Origin: Candidatus Megaera endosymbiont of Nemacystus decipiens
GTDB taxonomy: Bacteria; Pseudomonadota; Alphaproteobacteria; Rickettsiales; Rickettsiaceae
Length of the DNA stretch: 64,000 nucleotides
Assembly (NCBI GenBank): GCA_030036605.1
Contig: DAOTRE010000004.1
Location: forward strand, 146,123-210,122
Direction of reading: 5' to 3'
Under the pieces are notes generated by a model, which ran no database searches, had not been told where the DNA came from, and saw nothing but the letters and a program-made list of their open reading frames with translations. Position 1 is the first letter of the stretch, and every line of letters starts with the position of its first letter. The translations under genes and the position numbers were made by a program. This document shows positions 9,601 to 18,540 of this stretch, piece after piece.

Positions 9601-11421
9601 AAAACTTCTACTATGGGAGGTACTATTAACCCTACAAATGGTATAACACTTGGTGCTGCATCTAATGCAGTATTTAGTGATGGGGCTATTATAGATGCAG
9701 AAATTAACGGAGCAGGTAATGTTTCAATGAATGCATCAGGTAGTTTGAAGCAGCCTATAGGTTCTACTACTCCTGTGACATCGCTAGTATTCTCAAGTGA
9801 TGATACTACGAACTTTGTAGTAGAAACAGATTCTATTACAGCTGACAGCGTTGCTTTCAACCAAGGCGGAGTGGACTTTAATGATGATACTACTATCACT
9901 AGTAAGGTTACTATGACCGCTTCTGATATTGATATTGGCGCGAGCAAAGTCACAATGGATGGTGATGTGTCAGTTTCTGGTGCTAATGAGATTTCATTTA
10001 ATGATCATGCTACTGATGGTAATGGACAAATTAACATTACTGTTGGTGGTGGTTTGACCGTGGATCCTAATACTACTGTTGCAGTCGATGTAAATGATTT
10101 AGCTGCATCGAGAATTGTAGACGGTAGCACCAGAGAGATAGATGTGATATTAAACGATGGAGCATCTGTCAGTAAGTTTGACCCTACTAAAATTAGCATT
10201 GTTAATAGCAACCTGTTCTTAAAGTATAATGCTGTATCCTCTAACGGTTTACGTATAGAAGCTACAGACAATACAACTGCCGCAGTTGAGTTATTAAGTA
10301 ATAATTTGAATGCAACAGATAGCGCTAATTTGACTAAACTGGCTGCTGCTCCAGCTGGAAGTAAAGCTTCTGGTATCGTTGATATTTTGGCTACTTTATC
10401 AGATGGTGAGGGAGGATTCTTACCACAGGCTACTGAAGCAGTGCAGCGCTTAAATCCTTTGAATAACGATAAAGTAAATCTTAACACTTTGATGTCAGTT
10501 ACTACAAGCCTTTCAACTCGCTTAAATTCTCAGTTAGTGAATAATGCAGGAGTTGTTGCTTCCGGTGATCATGAGGCACTATATGGTTTATGGGCTGTGC
10601 CTTTTGCTAGCACTACTAAGCAAAAAGAAGACGGTAGCTTTAGTGGATATAAAGCCGAGACATATGGTGGAACAGTTGGTGCTGACGCCAAGGTTAATGA
10701 GGATTTAGTACTTGGTGCTGCATTTACTGCTGCTAACTCAGAAGTTAAATATCGTGACTTCAAGAGAGGTGACAAATCAGACATTGATACTTTAGCTTTC
10801 TCTTTATACGGTAAGCAACAGTTAAACAATAAATGGTTTATGAACTCATTTGTTACATTTGCTAATAATGATGTAGATGTACGTGAGAATCGAGTAACAG
10901 GACCAACCACCTACGAAACTGTGCGCGGTAAGTATGACTCAATGATGTTCATGGCAGAGGCTATGTTTGGTTACAATACTCAGATGCACGGTATGTCATT
11001 GACTCCTATGATGGGCGTAAGGTACACTAGAATTAATGATTCAGGTTACACTGAGACAGGTGCTGTTAGTACAGCGAATCTTACTGTGCATAACAAAGCA
11101 TTCAATAGACTTGAAGCTGTTTTAGGCGCTCAAGTTAATGGTGGCAGTTACTACTTCAATAATTGTATGGTGATGCCAGAAATGCATGCATCTGTTAGCC
11201 ATGATATTATAGACCGTAGTCGTAACTCATTCTTTAATATAGATGGGGTTAATGGTTCTCTAAATTCTAGGAATTCTGACTTAAACAGAACGGTATTTAA
11301 CGTTGGATTTAGCTTGAATTCTGAGAATGGCATGATGGAATACGGAATTGGTTATGACGCTAATTTGGCCAAGAAAAACGTAGCTCATCAAGGAACGCTG
11401 AAATTACGTATTAACTTCTAA
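6643..11421 (+). CDS. Large autotransporter, Rickettsiaceae surface cell antigen (Sca; OmpA/OmpB-like) family
   Basis: 1592 aa; signal peptide; G/T/N/A/S-rich beta-helical passenger with degenerate G-x-IG-x-x-x-x-L repeats; VASGDHEALYGLWAVPF at the passenger/barrel junction; ~290-aa beta-barrel ending LKLRINF. Confidence 0.9.
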   Translation: MKKEKRNRILATASALAVITSAASAQGALFSSTGGSVTLENGVNTLNSTGVATPWTPGDSFRSDTNDSISFGNAAGDGVTVGTYDSNNQGVISLVMSKDSSIGSIINSTGSDGSTMTVNNDIEFTASGANGLNGAGNTQVGGDFSGLSGVTLGSGGGGAELSIGADSVFTGTVDSDANEDGVIQVSGGAEATFGSDVGALQSIGSFVVADGSTANFQGNATSSEFELDGTNSRINVSNGKSINGTIDGENNFNGRLNFLQDGSATGAIGSSEALKEVIVGTGAASFDSTVATETLSIGSGSANLSDNLTGNTNFTADGTLNVANGVAVDGAITTNTNNTGNVVFAADGSVSKALGTSTNALKKVELTGTGTVQLNNASATSHYASNFLFKDNDAVLELAADHSINGTLSADADGNGQVTFLAGGSVNGTIGTTTNKIGSVESQTAAVNIASGDHHVANGFKVANAAEAGFTFADGANINGNVVTAGANGKLVFAGNSTLTGEAGSIGNELASVSIDGGNDKKVTFNGVVNSTNTTITNGATVELGANGGVQGGPLTIGANGGSLLITGDTNHDVSNVSIVDHGDNKANIEVSGAIGTSGAFNVALGQVGDNTVPEQFLDLLKVNANNTNTTTVQLEDGSHVKNIELHNSNSVVEFSAGAPGTYRIGGIAPQSDKFGEMKISDDSTFEAASDGSTVNFGSKDQKLKNLNFAGDFSLSLGDKHNIYTDAVTNNASEGVIDFSGTHEFYGKNTNPLSEIVLQNDSNVTLMTEVNADDVTLNNGSVINTANRIFAANGINGAGVGEGKLRLTNTDPLEIASDIGSTNLVNQIEFAGGDVSVAAGKTVLAQEFAFSGDAASRFTLDDQTASYTAKFINNSPEGITNTIVLNPAIATTEFAAGSTIATEDSGAKKLNVQMGDGVNAKISTTSIEGAIFTTSVVGKGDLELNADGVILNSIGSSEQRIGALTVTDNATITDGIYTTDMSIAAGKTSTMGGTINPTNGITLGAASNAVFSDGAIIDAEINGAGNVSMNASGSLKQPIGSTTPVTSLVFSSDDTTNFVVETDSITADSVAFNQGGVDFNDDTTITSKVTMTASDIDIGASKVTMDGDVSVSGANEISFNDHATDGNGQINITVGGGLTVDPNTTVAVDVNDLAASRIVDGSTREIDVILNDGASVSKFDPTKISIVNSNLFLKYNAVSSNGLRIEATDNTTAAVELLSNNLNATDSANLTKLAAAPAGSKASGIVDILATLSDGEGGFLPQATEAVQRLNPLNNDKVNLNTLMSVTTSLSTRLNSQLVNNAGVVASGDHEALYGLWAVPFASTTKQKEDGSFSGYKAETYGGTVGADAKVNEDLVLGAAFTAANSEVKYRDFKRGDKSDIDTLAFSLYGKQQLNNKWFMNSFVTFANNDVDVRENRVTGPTTYETVRGKYDSMMFMAEAMFGYNTQMHGMSLTPMMGVRYTRINDSGYTETGAVSTANLTVHNKAFNRLEAVLGAQVNGGSYYFNNCMVMPEMHASVSHDIIDRSRNSFFNIDGVNGSLNSRNSDLNRTVFNVGFSLNSENGMMEYGIGYDANLAKKNVAHQGTLKLRINF

Positions 11422-11450
11422 TAAGTAAGAGTTAAATCAACTTAAAACCA

Positions 11451-11486
11451 ACCCCTGTATTTTTTCTTTGAAATGCAGGGGTTTTT
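11451..11486 (+). terminator. Rho-independent terminator of the autotransporter gene
   Basis: ACCCCTGTATTT (11451-11462) pairs with AAATGCAGGGGT (11471-11482) with one G-U pair, followed by a T run, ~30 nt after the stop codon. Confidence 0.85.
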
Positions 11487-11504
11487 GTTGTAAGTAATAG
11501 TATT

Positions 11505-11918
11505 ATGAAAAAGATCTTTTATTTATTAGCCATAATATATTTGACAGTTAATATCTCCTTTGCTGAGCATTTGGTTTCAGAAGAAGATGATTTATTAGTC
11601 GAAGATGAAAATTACTATTCAGAGGCTGAAATTATTATTTTAAATAGAATAACCTCCAAGCCAGAGAAGAAACTTATTAAAGCCAGCGCCCAGGAGTATT
11701 TCGGTAATTTATCAATAATATTGAATAAGTGTATCTCTGGCTCAGAATATGATGGATATAATGAGGCTTTATTTGTCACAATCAAAGAGTTTGATGATTT
11801 TATATTCAACGGATGGATTTTCCCCGGTAATATCTCTGTGAATTCATTTGAGCACCCTGTATATGAAATAATTCCATTAAAATGTAAAAAGTCTTTTTCT
11901 TCACAAGAAGATAATTAA
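11505..11918 (+). CDS. DUF2155-like exported protein
   Basis: Signal-peptide-like N-terminus; A-x-I-x-x-LN(R)IT, FGNLSI-x-L-x-x-C, IFNGWIF...NSFEHPVYEI-x-x-x-x-C pattern recalled for alphaproteobacterial DUF2155. Confidence 0.75.
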   Translation: MKKIFYLLAIIYLTVNISFAEHLVSEEDDLLVEDENYYSEAEIIILNRITSKPEKKLIKASAQEYFGNLSIILNKCISGSEYDGYNEALFVTIKEFDDFIFNGWIFPGNISVNSFEHPVYEIIPLKCKKSFSSQEDN

Positions 11919-12013
11919 TCTAAGTCTCTGGAGTTTTATTATTTCCAGAATAAATAATAAAATTCATGATTTTTTTGTTTTAACAAGAAGCTTTTTGTGG
12001 TACTAATTAGCTT

Positions 12014-12174
12014 AGGTACAGTTGACATAAGACATAATTCATCAATTTTATCGCTTTTGGCCTGCAAAAAGTACAAATTATTTAAAGTAGGAAAGCTACT
12101 TCTACAGAATTTATACTGTTTTCGCCTCAAAATCATTTAAAATGGATCAAGTGATTCTTATGTCAACAGAACCT
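12014..12174. repeat. 161-bp degenerate palindrome (MITE-like / palindromic element) upstream of ssb
   Basis: Terminal IRs AGGTACAGTTGACATAAGA (12014-12032) and TCTTATGTCAACAGAACCT (12156-12174) match 17/19. Internal arms stay in register to a central AAGTAG-GAAAG-CTACTT hairpin (12085-12101). Confidence 0.8.
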
Positions 12175-12207
12175 GGTTTGAATTATAAAATATAAATTAG
12201 TTAGATT

Positions 12208-12663
12208 ATGTCTGGAAGTTTAAATAAAGTCACTTTAATTGGTAATCTTGGTAGAGATCCTGAAATTAGAAATACCTCTGATGGTAGAGAAATAGCTAAT
12301 TTTAGTGTTGCAACTAGTGATACGTGGAAAGATAAAATGACTGGTGAGAAAAAAGAAAAAACAGAATGGCACAGAGTTGTAGTTTTTTCAGAAGGTCTTG
12401 TTAGAGTAATCAAAAATTATGTAAAAAAAGGAACGAAATTATACATAGAAGGTCAACTTCAGACTAGGAAATGGAATGATAGCGAGAATCAGGAAAGATA
12501 TACTACTGAAGTAGTTTTACAAAATTATAATTCTACTCTAATCTTACTAGATTCACGATCAGATGCCTCACAAGGATTTTCTACTGATTCATCACCAGCT
12601 AAGAATGATTCATCTAGCTCCAGCTTTGAAAGTAGCGATCTAGATGATGAGATACCTTTCTAA
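12208..12663 (+). CDS. ssb: Single-stranded DNA-binding protein
   Basis: SLNKVTLIGNLGRDPEIR, KTEWHRVV, and acidic C-terminal tip DDEIPF. Confidence 0.99.
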   Translation: MSGSLNKVTLIGNLGRDPEIRNTSDGREIANFSVATSDTWKDKMTGEKKEKTEWHRVVVFSEGLVRVIKNYVKKGTKLYIEGQLQTRKWNDSENQERYTTEVVLQNYNSTLILLDSRSDASQGFSTDSSPAKNDSSSSSFESSDLDDEIPF

Positions 12664-13480
12664 AAGATATTATTTAGTAATATTTTTTTTACTAACAGCG
12701 TGCGCAGATCCTGCTTACAAGACGCGGAGTTTTTTTGATAGGAAAGGTCTTTGGCAGTTTGAAAAACAATTAGTGCAAGGAGGTGATTTTTTTATTACCA
12801 CTTACCAAAAAATCACTGATCATAAGTCTTCTTACGTATTTTATATCGAGGGTGATGGTAATCTTGCAGGAAGATATGGCATAACATCCAATCCTACACC
12901 AAAACACCCAACTTTAATGCGTTTGGTGGCAATGGACCATAGACCTAATGTTGTATATATTGCTCGCCCATGTCAATATACTCCAATAACTCTAAATGCC
13001 AAATGTAACAACAATGAATATTGGAATGAAGGCAGATTTTCCGATGAAGTGGTGGCAGCTTTAAATCAAGTGATTGAAACAATTAATCATAACGGGAAGA
13101 AGTTTACTCTTGTTGGATATTCTGGAGGCGGTGCAATTGCAATTCTAATCGCTTCTAGAAATGACAATGTTAGAGATGTCATTACTATAGCTGGAAATTT
13201 AGACATAGTTGAGTTCACTAAATATCACAATAGCTTCCCTTTAACCAAGTCTTTAAATCCCATAGATTATGCAGGCAAAACGCGTTTGATACCTCAGCTT
13301 CATTTAAGCGGAAAATCAGACGTAATAGTTCCAAGTTTTATACTTCAAAAATACTACGATAAAGCCTCATCTTCTTTAGTAAAAATGAAAATTCTAGAGA
13401 GCGTGACACATAGTAGAGGGTGGGATGTTTTTTGGAAAAACTTTGTTAATTCTAACTTTGGTGACAGAGCTACTATGTAG
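12644..13480 (+). CDS. Putative lipoprotein alpha/beta hydrolase (esterase-like)
   Basis: Lipobox LTAC after a hydrophobic stretch; VFYIEGDG; nucleophile elbow GYSGGG; candidate Asp (DVIVP) and His (VTHSRGW). Confidence 0.75.
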   Translation: MMRYLSKRYYLVIFFLLTACADPAYKTRSFFDRKGLWQFEKQLVQGGDFFITTYQKITDHKSSYVFYIEGDGNLAGRYGITSNPTPKHPTLMRLVAMDHRPNVVYIARPCQYTPITLNAKCNNNEYWNEGRFSDEVVAALNQVIETINHNGKKFTLVGYSGGGAIAILIASRNDNVRDVITIAGNLDIVEFTKYHNSFPLTKSLNPIDYAGKTRLIPQLHLSGKSDVIVPSFILQKYYDKASSSLVKMKILESVTHSRGWDVFWKNFVNSNFGDRATM

Positions 13481-14768
13481 TTTTTATTCTCTTTATATCT
13501 GCTCCAACCTGGGAGAGCTTATTTTCTATTCTAGAGTAACCGCGATCAATGTGATATATGCGATCAATAGTTGTCTTTTCTGGTGAGTTCAGAGCTGCTA
13601 ATACGAGACAAACAGAAGCTCTAAGATCAGTTGCCATTACATCAGCTCCTCGAAATTTTTTGATTCCTACAACATTAGCAGTATTTTTTAGTATAGTGAT
13701 ATTTGCTCCCATGCGTTGCAGTTCCGGTATGTGCATAAATCGATTTTCAAACAAATTTTCTGTAATGGAGCAAACCCCGGGTGATAGGCACATCAGTGCC
13801 ATGAATTGTGCTTGCATATCTGTTGGAAAGCCAGGATAAGGCAAAGTTTGAATGTTAACAGGGCGGATTTTTTGACCTGAAGAGACAATAAGGGAATTTT
13901 GTTTCTTTTCAATATTTATTCCGGCTAGCTTAAATGTATCAAGCATATGCTCCACAGAGTCAATATCAACTCCTTCCAATAGCAGCCTCCCTCCTGTTAA
14001 TCCAACTGCTGCAATATATGTACCAGTTTCTATTCTATCAGGCATCGTATTATGACTTGCGCCATGTAGAGATTTTTGTCCGTTAATGGTTAGCTTGCTT
14101 GTTCCTATGCCATCAATTTGTGCGCCCATTTTTAATAGCAATTTACATAAATCTTGTATCTCAGGTTCTTGTGCACAATTGACAAATGTTGAGATTCCTT
14201 TTGAGATAACGGCTGACATAATTGCATTAATGGTTGCACCAACAGAGATTTTTTTAAAAGTAAAATGTGTGCCTTTTAATTTGTCTTTTACTTCTGCTAT
14301 AACATAACCTTCTTCTATTGTAATTTTGGCACCCATAGATTCTAGCGTTTCAAGGTGTAGATCAATTTGCCTTGTACCGATGGAACAGCCACCAGGTAAT
14401 GAAACTTTTGCTCTTCCAAACTTTGCAAGCATTGGACCTAGCGCCCAAAAGGATGCTCTCATTTTTTTTGCAATAGAGTATGGAGCATATAAATTATCAA
14501 TATTTTTACTATTTAATTTGATTGAAAGTGTATCAAAACGTCTAGTGTCTAAAGTTTTTTCATTTCTAGAAGTGCTGATTTCAACGCCAAAATTTTCTAG
14601 TAGTTCAGTTAAGGTTGCAACGTCTGAAAGGTATGGTACATTATGTATATGAATGTCTTCATCGGTTAAAATAGTTGCGAGCATCAAAGGTAGCACAGCA
14701 TTTTTAGCGCCACTAATTTTAATGGTGCCTTCTAAAGGATTGCCACCATGTATAACGAATTTATCCAT
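13473..14768 (-). CDS. murA: UDP-N-acetylglucosamine 1-carboxyvinyltransferase
   Basis: ISGAKNAVLP, KMRASFW, LPGGCSIGTR (catalytic Cys), YPGFPTDMQAQ, ATDLRAS. Confidence 0.99.
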   Translation of the reverse strand: MDKFVIHGGNPLEGTIKISGAKNAVLPLMLATILTDEDIHIHNVPYLSDVATLTELLENFGVEISTSRNEKTLDTRRFDTLSIKLNSKNIDNLYAPYSIAKKMRASFWALGPMLAKFGRAKVSLPGGCSIGTRQIDLHLETLESMGAKITIEEGYVIAEVKDKLKGTHFTFKKISVGATINAIMSAVISKGISTFVNCAQEPEIQDLCKLLLKMGAQIDGIGTSKLTINGQKSLHGASHNTMPDRIETGTYIAAVGLTGGRLLLEGVDIDSVEHMLDTFKLAGINIEKKQNSLIVSSGQKIRPVNIQTLPYPGFPTDMQAQFMALMCLSPGVCSITENLFENRFMHIPELQRMGANITILKNTANVVGIKKFRGADVMATDLRASVCLVLAALNSPEKTTIDRIYHIDRGYSRIENKLSQVGADIKRIKTT

Positions 14769-14867
14769 ATGTTTTATTTCTATATAATTATTGAGTACTA
14801 ATTGACTATGCAGTTAAGGCCTAGTTGATATTGCAGATAATACCAAAGCTAAAAAACTTTTCAAATG

Positions 14868-16868
14868 CTATTGAATAAATTCAATTAATAACTGTCCACC
14901 GGAAACATTCTCATTCTCTGCCACGTGAATTTTTTTAACTTTTGCTGTTACAGAGGATGTAACAATATTTTCCATTTTCATTGCAGTTAGAGTAAGCAGT
15001 TCCTGACCTGGTATCACATCATCCCCTTCGTTAACATTGATACTAATTATTTGTCCAGAAAGTGGTGCTAGTAGTTCATTTTGTTCACCATTATCTTCCT
15101 TTGTAATCATTAGAGCTTCAAGTTCTGAAAGCCTTGGAGAGCGAACATAGGATTCAATTGTAACGCCAGCGTAAGTAAGTTTGTATTTTGTACGAATTTT
15201 TTCTATTTTTACATTAGTTTTTTGATTATTAACTATTGCCGTAACAAGTACGTTGCCAATACTCCAATTACTACGAATATTTATTCTATTAAGCCCCTGA
15301 CGTATATTATATCCTTCATCAACAGATTTTACCATCACAGGAAATTGTTTGTTATCTACAGAAACAATCCATCTCGTTCCTATCTTATTATATTGATTTG
15401 ATAGCTGATTAGGTATTTTGGAAGCCCTTTTCTGCTCTGTTAAAAAAACAAATAAAGTTGTAGCAAGAAATATTTCATTAATTTCGGAAGTGATTTTTGC
15501 ACCAGAAAATCCATCTGGATACTCCTCATCAATGAAACCTGTGTGAATATCACCAACGTAGAATCTTGGGTGATTAATTAATGCTTCAAGAAAACTAATA
15601 TTATGCGATATGCCTTGTAATATAAAAGATCCTAAAGAAGACTGCATTAGCTTTATTGCTTCGCTACGTGTCTTGCCAGAAGTGCATAATTTTGCAATCA
15701 TGGCATCATAGTACATGCTAACTTCTCCACCAGAATTCACTCCAGTATCAACCCTAATATTATTATTCTTTAATGGTTCCTGGTAGTCTAAAATTCTACC
15801 GCTTGAGGGTAAAAACCCACGAGAAGGGTCTTCAGCACATATTCTTGATTCTATTGCCCAACCATTAAGCTTGACATCTTCTTGTGAAAATCCCAATTTT
15901 TCACCAGCTGCAATTCGTACCATTTGTTCAACTATATCATATCCAGTAATCATTTCAGTTACAGGATGTTCTACTTGCAAGCGTGTATTCATTTCAAGAA
16001 AATAGTAACTTTTATCGCTGGACATCATAAACTCTACTGTACCTGCAGAAACATAACCAACTTTTTTTGCAAGATTTATAACCTCGCTATACATTTTTTG
16101 TCGTGTCTCTTCATCTACAAAAGAGCTTGGGGCTTCTTCAATTACTTTTTGATGGTATCTTTGTATAGAACACTCACGTTCACCCAAGCAAACAGCGTTT
16201 CCAAATTGGTCGGCAAGTAATTGTATTTCTATATGTCTTGGTTTTTGAATTAATTTTTCAACAAAAACACGACTATCACTAAAACAGTTTTCAGCTTCTA
16301 ATCTTGCAGATTCATAAGCTCTTGCCATTTCATTTGAATCATTCACAACACGCATGCCGCGCCCCCCGCCGCCTGCTGCTGCTTTTATAATTACCGGGTA
16401 ACCAATTTTTTCAGTGATTTCAATTGCTTGCTCCAAACTTGTAATTGAACCCATGTAGCCTGGTACAGTGCTAACTCCAGCTGCAATAGCAATTTTTTTT
16501 GCTTCAATTTTATCTCCCATTTGTTTGATAACTTTTGCACTAGGTCCAATTAGTATTATCCCCTCTCTTTTTAAAATATTAGCAAAATTAGGGTTTTCAG
16601 CTAAGAAACCATATCCAGGATGAACTGCGTTAGCACCACTTAATCTGATTGCATTAATTATGTTTTTTATAGATAAATAACTTTCTGTTGCTGGTGAATC
16701 ACCAACATAATATGCTTCATCTGCATATTGCACATGTAAAGAATTTGTATCTGCTTCAGAGTATATTGCAACAGATTTTATCTTCATTTTGCGTAAAGTC
16801 TTCATTATGCGAAGAGCTATTTCTCCGCGGTTAGCTACTAATACTTTGTCAAATGATAGTGTTTTCAT
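14868..16868 (-). CDS. pccA: Propionyl-CoA (acyl-CoA) carboxylase alpha chain: biotin carboxylase + biotin carrier
   Basis: KVLVANRGEIALR, HPGYGFLAEN, GGGGRGMR, ERECSIQR, EMNTRLQVEHPVTE; C-terminal AMKM biotinylation site. Confidence 0.95.
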   Translation of the reverse strand: MKTLSFDKVLVANRGEIALRIMKTLRKMKIKSVAIYSEADTNSLHVQYADEAYYVGDSPATESYLSIKNIINAIRLSGANAVHPGYGFLAENPNFANILKREGIILIGPSAKVIKQMGDKIEAKKIAIAAGVSTVPGYMGSITSLEQAIEITEKIGYPVIIKAAAGGGGRGMRVVNDSNEMARAYESARLEAENCFSDSRVFVEKLIQKPRHIEIQLLADQFGNAVCLGERECSIQRYHQKVIEEAPSSFVDEETRQKMYSEVINLAKKVGYVSAGTVEFMMSSDKSYYFLEMNTRLQVEHPVTEMITGYDIVEQMVRIAAGEKLGFSQEDVKLNGWAIESRICAEDPSRGFLPSSGRILDYQEPLKNNNIRVDTGVNSGGEVSMYYDAMIAKLCTSGKTRSEAIKLMQSSLGSFILQGISHNISFLEALINHPRFYVGDIHTGFIDEEYPDGFSGAKITSEINEIFLATTLFVFLTEQKRASKIPNQLSNQYNKIGTRWIVSVDNKQFPVMVKSVDEGYNIRQGLNRINIRSNWSIGNVLVTAIVNNQKTNVKIEKIRTKYKLTYAGVTIESYVRSPRLSELEALMITKEDNGEQNELLAPLSGQIISINVNEGDDVIPGQELLTLTAMKMENIVTSSVTAKVKKIHVAENENVSGGQLLIEFIQ

Positions 16869-16890
16869 ACTGATAGCATAGAATTATTAA

Positions 16891-18471
16891 TTATAAGGGT
16901 AAATTATCATGTTTTTTCCACGGGGTATCAACTTTTTTGCTTCTTAAAAGTTTGAGTGCTTTACATATTCTGGGTCTAGTGTTTTGCGGTCTAATAATAT
17001 CATCCAGATACCCACGAGAAGCAGCAACAAAAGGTGAAGTAATGTTTTCTTTATAAGCGTTTATTACTTTTTCCTTGGTTTCAGGGTCCTTACACTCTTC
17101 TTTAAAAATAATCTCTGCTGCTCCTTCTGCTCCCATAACTGCTATTTCCGAGTTAACCCAAGCATAATTAATATCACCTCGCAAGTGTTTTGAGTTCATA
17201 ACAATATATGCACCACCATATGCCTTACGTGTGATTATAGTAATTTTTGGAACTGTTGCTTCGGAATATGCGTAGAGTAGTTTTGCTCCATGTTTAATTA
17301 TTCCGTCATATTCTTGTTGTATTCCTGGCAAGAATCCCGGCACATCTACAAGCGTGACTATCGAAATGTTAAATGCATCACAAAAACGGATGAACCTAGC
17401 AGCTTTGCGAGATGCATTAATATCTAAACAACCTGCTATATGCAGAGGTTGATTTGCAACAAATCCAACAGGTGAGCCTTCCATGTAACCAAATCCAATT
17501 ATGATATTTTTTGCATAATCAGGCTGAACTTCAAAAAATTCTCCTTCATCAATAATTTTCATTATCAAATCTTTCATGTTATATGACTTATTTGCAGCCG
17601 TTGGCACCAATGTATTAAGTGACATATCAACCCTATCAGCCGGATCATTTGTTTCCCTGTGTGGTAAATCGCCAGTATTGGAGAGAGGTAATAAATTAAA
17701 AAACCTTCTGGTTTCAAGCAAAGCTTCTATATCATTTTGAAAAGCGACATCAGCTACTCCCGATTTTGCAGTGTGGATTTTAGCTCCACCTAGTTTTTCT
17801 TGCGAAACTTCTTCGCCAGTTACTGTTTTGACTACCTCTGGGCCAGTAACGAACATATAAGAAGAATCTTTAACCATGAAAATGAAATCAGTTAGGGCTG
17901 GAGAGTAAACCGCGCCTCCAGCACAAGGCCCCATTACCAAAGTAATTTGTGGAATTAATCCAGATGCTTGAACATTTAAATGAAATAGCTCTCCATACCC
18001 GCCTAGAGCATCTACCCCTTCTTGTATTCTAGCACCGCCAGAGTCATTGATTCCTATAACTGGTGCACGGGTTTTAATTGCGCATTTGATTAAATTGCAT
18101 ATTTTTTTTGCATGATATTCTCCTAATGAGCCTCCTAAAACTGTGAAATCTTGACTATAAGCAAACACCAGCCTACCGTTGATAGTACCATGTCCAGTAA
18201 CAACTCCATCTCCTGGGAATTGTTTACCTTCCATGCCAAAATTGTTACACCTATGTTCAACGAACATGCCTGTTTCTTCAAAGCTATCTGGATCTAAGAG
18301 AACTTCTAGTCTCTCACGAGCTGTTAACTTGCCTTTTTTATGCTGGGTTTCTATTCTTTTTGTTCCACCACCAAGCCTTGCAGTGCTTCTTTTTTTTTCT
18401 AAGTTCTTTTGTTGTTCTAGACTATTTTTACTCATATATTCAACAGATATGTTAATATGATTGTTTATCAA
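16891..18471 (-). CDS. pccB: Propionyl-CoA (acyl-CoA) carboxylase beta chain, carboxyltransferase
   Basis: [57 protein letters not shown]. The true start may be ATG 18435. Confidence 0.96.
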   Translation of the reverse strand: MINNHINISVEYMSKNSLEQQKNLEKKRSTARLGGGTKRIETQHKKGKLTARERLEVLLDPDSFEETGMFVEHRCNNFGMEGKQFPGDGVVTGHGTINGRLVFAYSQDFTVLGGSLGEYHAKKICNLIKCAIKTRAPVIGINDSGGARIQEGVDALGGYGELFHLNVQASGLIPQITLVMGPCAGGAVYSPALTDFIFMVKDSSYMFVTGPEVVKTVTGEEVSQEKLGGAKIHTAKSGVADVAFQNDIEALLETRRFFNLLPLSNTGDLPHRETNDPADRVDMSLNTLVPTAANKSYNMKDLIMKIIDEGEFFEVQPDYAKNIIIGFGYMEGSPVGFVANQPLHIAGCLDINASRKAARFIRFCDAFNISIVTLVDVPGFLPGIQQEYDGIIKHGAKLLYAYSEATVPKITIITRKAYGGAYIVMNSKHLRGDINYAWVNSEIAVMGAEGAAEIIFKEECKDPETKEKVINAYKENITSPFVAASRGYLDDIIRPQNTRPRICKALKLLRSKKVDTPWKKHDNLPL

Positions 18472-18540
18472 TTGAGGACATTATAGATGTTTTTATTTAT
18501 AAAAGATATAGATAAGATATAGGTTTAGTCATAATCAGAG

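Noticed and set aside
7290-11333. Several long antisense ORFs (up to 160 aa) within the autotransporter gene
   Set aside because: These are shadows of the GCT/ACT/GGT-rich codon usage of the real gene, with no recognisable motifs. The same applies to the other nested antisense ORFs in the track (dnaG, rpoD, murA, nuoG, etc.).
12014-12174. Reading the 161-nt rod as 6S RNA
   Set aside because: The size fits, but there is no large central bubble, it is very AT-rich, mismatches are not G-U biased, it lacks the usual zapA/ygfA context, and its ends recur at 57110-57157. Not fully excluded without an Rfam search.
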